Source of the DNA: Aliivibrio fischeri ES114
Lineage (GTDB): Bacteria; Pseudomonadota; Gammaproteobacteria; Enterobacterales; Vibrionaceae
Length of the DNA: 32,000 bases
Direction: 5' to 3' (one strand)
NCBI RefSeq assembly: GCF_000011805.1
Contig: NC_006840.2
Part shown: one piece after another, positions 30,606 to 32,000 of the stretch
Layout: every line of letters starts with the position of its first letter
How positions within the stretch are numbered: the stretch's first letter is position 1
The notes under the pieces: generated by a model
Seen by the model: the letters and a program-made list of their open reading frames with translations, nothing else
The model's database searches: none
What the model was told of the DNA's origin: nothing
Position numbers and translations under genes: made by a program

Positions 30606-32000
30606 CTACTTAATTTCCACAAATACGTCTTTACCTAAATGACATTCAGGGCATAAGAAATCATTAGGAACTGAAGACCACGGTGTATTTGGTTCTACAC
30701 CTTGATTCGGTTCACCAATTTCAGGGTCATAGACCCAATTACAGACCGAGCAAAGCATGCACTGTTTTGCATCTTTTGATGACGTCACTTCTGTCGCTGG
30801 TTTTTCTAGTTCGGCACTTGGTTCAACAAGAACAACCGGTTCTTCTATTGTCTGAATTTTTTTATCGACATTAATTGTATTAAATGTCGTTGTTAATGGT
30901 GCTAACGCCCACTGTTTTGCAATAAATTGTCCATGCTCTCGGCATAATTTCATCGCTTGACCATCTGGTCGCCATTTAGCTTTTAAACCTACTGCGGTTT
31001 CAAAACCAGCATCGGTTAAACGTGAATGGATTCGATCAACAGCACCACCATTCCAACCGTAACTACCAAATGCTCCTGCTTTTTTTGCTCTAAATCGAAG
31101 ACCGGCGATCTCTTCTAACATACCCGCAATTTTAGGCATCATTACATTGTTCATGGTTGATGAACCAACAAGGATCCCTTTTGAGCGGAACACACTGGTT
31201 AAAATATCATTCTTATCTTGACGAGAAACATTGAATACTTTGACTGCAACAGCAGGGTCTACATCGTGAATACCTTGGGCAATAGCATCAGCCATCATTC
31301 GAGTGTTGTTTGACATAGAATCATAAAAAATCGTAATACGATCTTCTTGATAATTATCAGCCCACTCTAAATATTGATGAATAATTTGAGTAGGGTTATC
31401 TCGCCATACACAACCGTGAGAAGTTGCAATCATGTCGACAGGTAAATTGAAGCTTAATACTTCTTTAATTTTAGCGGTAACCAAAGCACTGAATGGCGTA
31501 AGAATATTCGCGTAATAACGTAAACATTGATCCATCAATTCTGTTTGATCTACTTCGTCATTAAATAAACGTTCATCGCAATAATGTTGACCAAATGCAT
31601 CGTTACTAAACAGAATTGCATCACCAGTTAAATAGGTCATCATGCTATCTGGCCAATGAAGCATAGGTGCTTCAACAAAGATCAATTGCTTTCCATTACC
31701 AATATCCAATGCATCACCTGTCTTAATTGGATTAAAATTCCACTCAGGGTGATGATGATGTCCGACAATGGAATCAATCGCATTTTCAGTGCAGTAAATT
31801 GGAGTACCAGGGATCTTCTCCATTAATGCAGCAAGCGCTCCTGAATGATCTTCTTCAGCATGATTAATGACAATGTAATCAATGCTCGCAAGATCAATTT
31901 CCATTTCTAAATTTTGAATAAATTGATGACTAAAACGATGATCGACCGTATCAATAAGCACGGTTTTTTCTTCTTGAATGAGATAGCTGTTATAACTTGT
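30606..32000 (-). CDS. norV: Anaerobic nitric-oxide reductase flavorubredoxin, 5'-truncated by the window edge
   Basis: The frame stays open to base 32000 (..[20 protein letters not shown]...). The listed start at 31961 is an internal GTG. Contains a metallo-beta-lactamase-like di-iron domain ([11 protein letters not shown]), a flavodoxin domain and a C-terminal rubredoxin (CSVCNW...CPECHLGK). About 35-40 N-terminal residues lie outside the window by comparison with E. coli NorV. Confidence 0.93.
   Translation of the reverse strand, partial: TSYNSYLIQEEKTVLIDTVDHRFSHQFIQNLEMEIDLASIDYIVINHAEEDHSGALAALMEKIPGTPIYCTENAIDSIVGHHHHPEWNFNPIKTGDALDIGNGKQLIFVEAPMLHWPDSMMTYLTGDAILFSNDAFGQHYCDERLFNDEVDQTELMDQCLRYYANILTPFSALVTAKIKEVLSFNLPVDMIATSHGCVWRDNPTQIIHQYLEWADNYQEDRITIFYDSMSNNTRMMADAIAQGIHDVDPAVAVKVFNVSRQDKNDILTSVFRSKGILVGSSTMNNVMMPKIAGMLEEIAGLRFRAKKAGAFGSYGWNGGAVDRIHSRLTDAGFETAVGLKAKWRPDGQAMKLCREHGQFIAKQWALAPLTTTFNTINVDKKIQTIEEPVVLVEPSAELEKPATEVTSSKDAKQCMLCSVCNWVYDPEIGEPNQGVEPNTPWSSVPNDFLCPECHLGKDVFVEIK

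Overview
This window looks like ordinary core chromosome from an AT-rich gammaproteobacterium. Gene content, synteny and protein sequences look Vibrionaceae (Vibrio/Aliivibrio-like), but I cannot verify the organism without a search. I support 29 protein genes, two of them cut by the window edges, and one tRNA-Arg(UCU). I also support a set of clear rho-independent terminators, a near-consensus tRNA promoter, a near-consensus PurR operator upstream of folD, and an rpsA autoregulatory leader.

Gene order is metG(+) | pyrF-lapB-lapA-ihfB-rpsA-cmk-aroA(-) | aat-bpt-infA(+) | clpA-clpS(-) | cspD, lipoprotein(+) | selO, tRNA-Arg(-) | folD, yeaG-yeaH-ycgB(+) | monomeric icd(-) | rluE, small lipoprotein(+) | small acidic protein(-) | MCP(+) | DUF1971-fpr-norW-norV(-).

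By eye I saw no transposase, integrase, prophage, CRISPR array, toxin-antitoxin pair or recognisable defence genes, and no pseudogenes. I therefore do not claim a brand-new system here.

The least understood modules are:
(1) the contiguous yeaG(prkA)-yeaH-ycgB(spoVR) triad;
(2) a norV-norW-fpr-DUF1971 same-strand cluster that extends the classical two-gene NO-reductase operon;
(3) a 57-codon lipoprotein gene missing from the ORF track, plus an uncharacterised 90-aa acidic protein.

Several ORF-track starts are over-extended, and I corrected them using Shine-Dalgarno position and remembered E. coli N-termini. All homology statements rest on motif recognition and memory of E. coli or Azotobacter orthologues, not on database searches.
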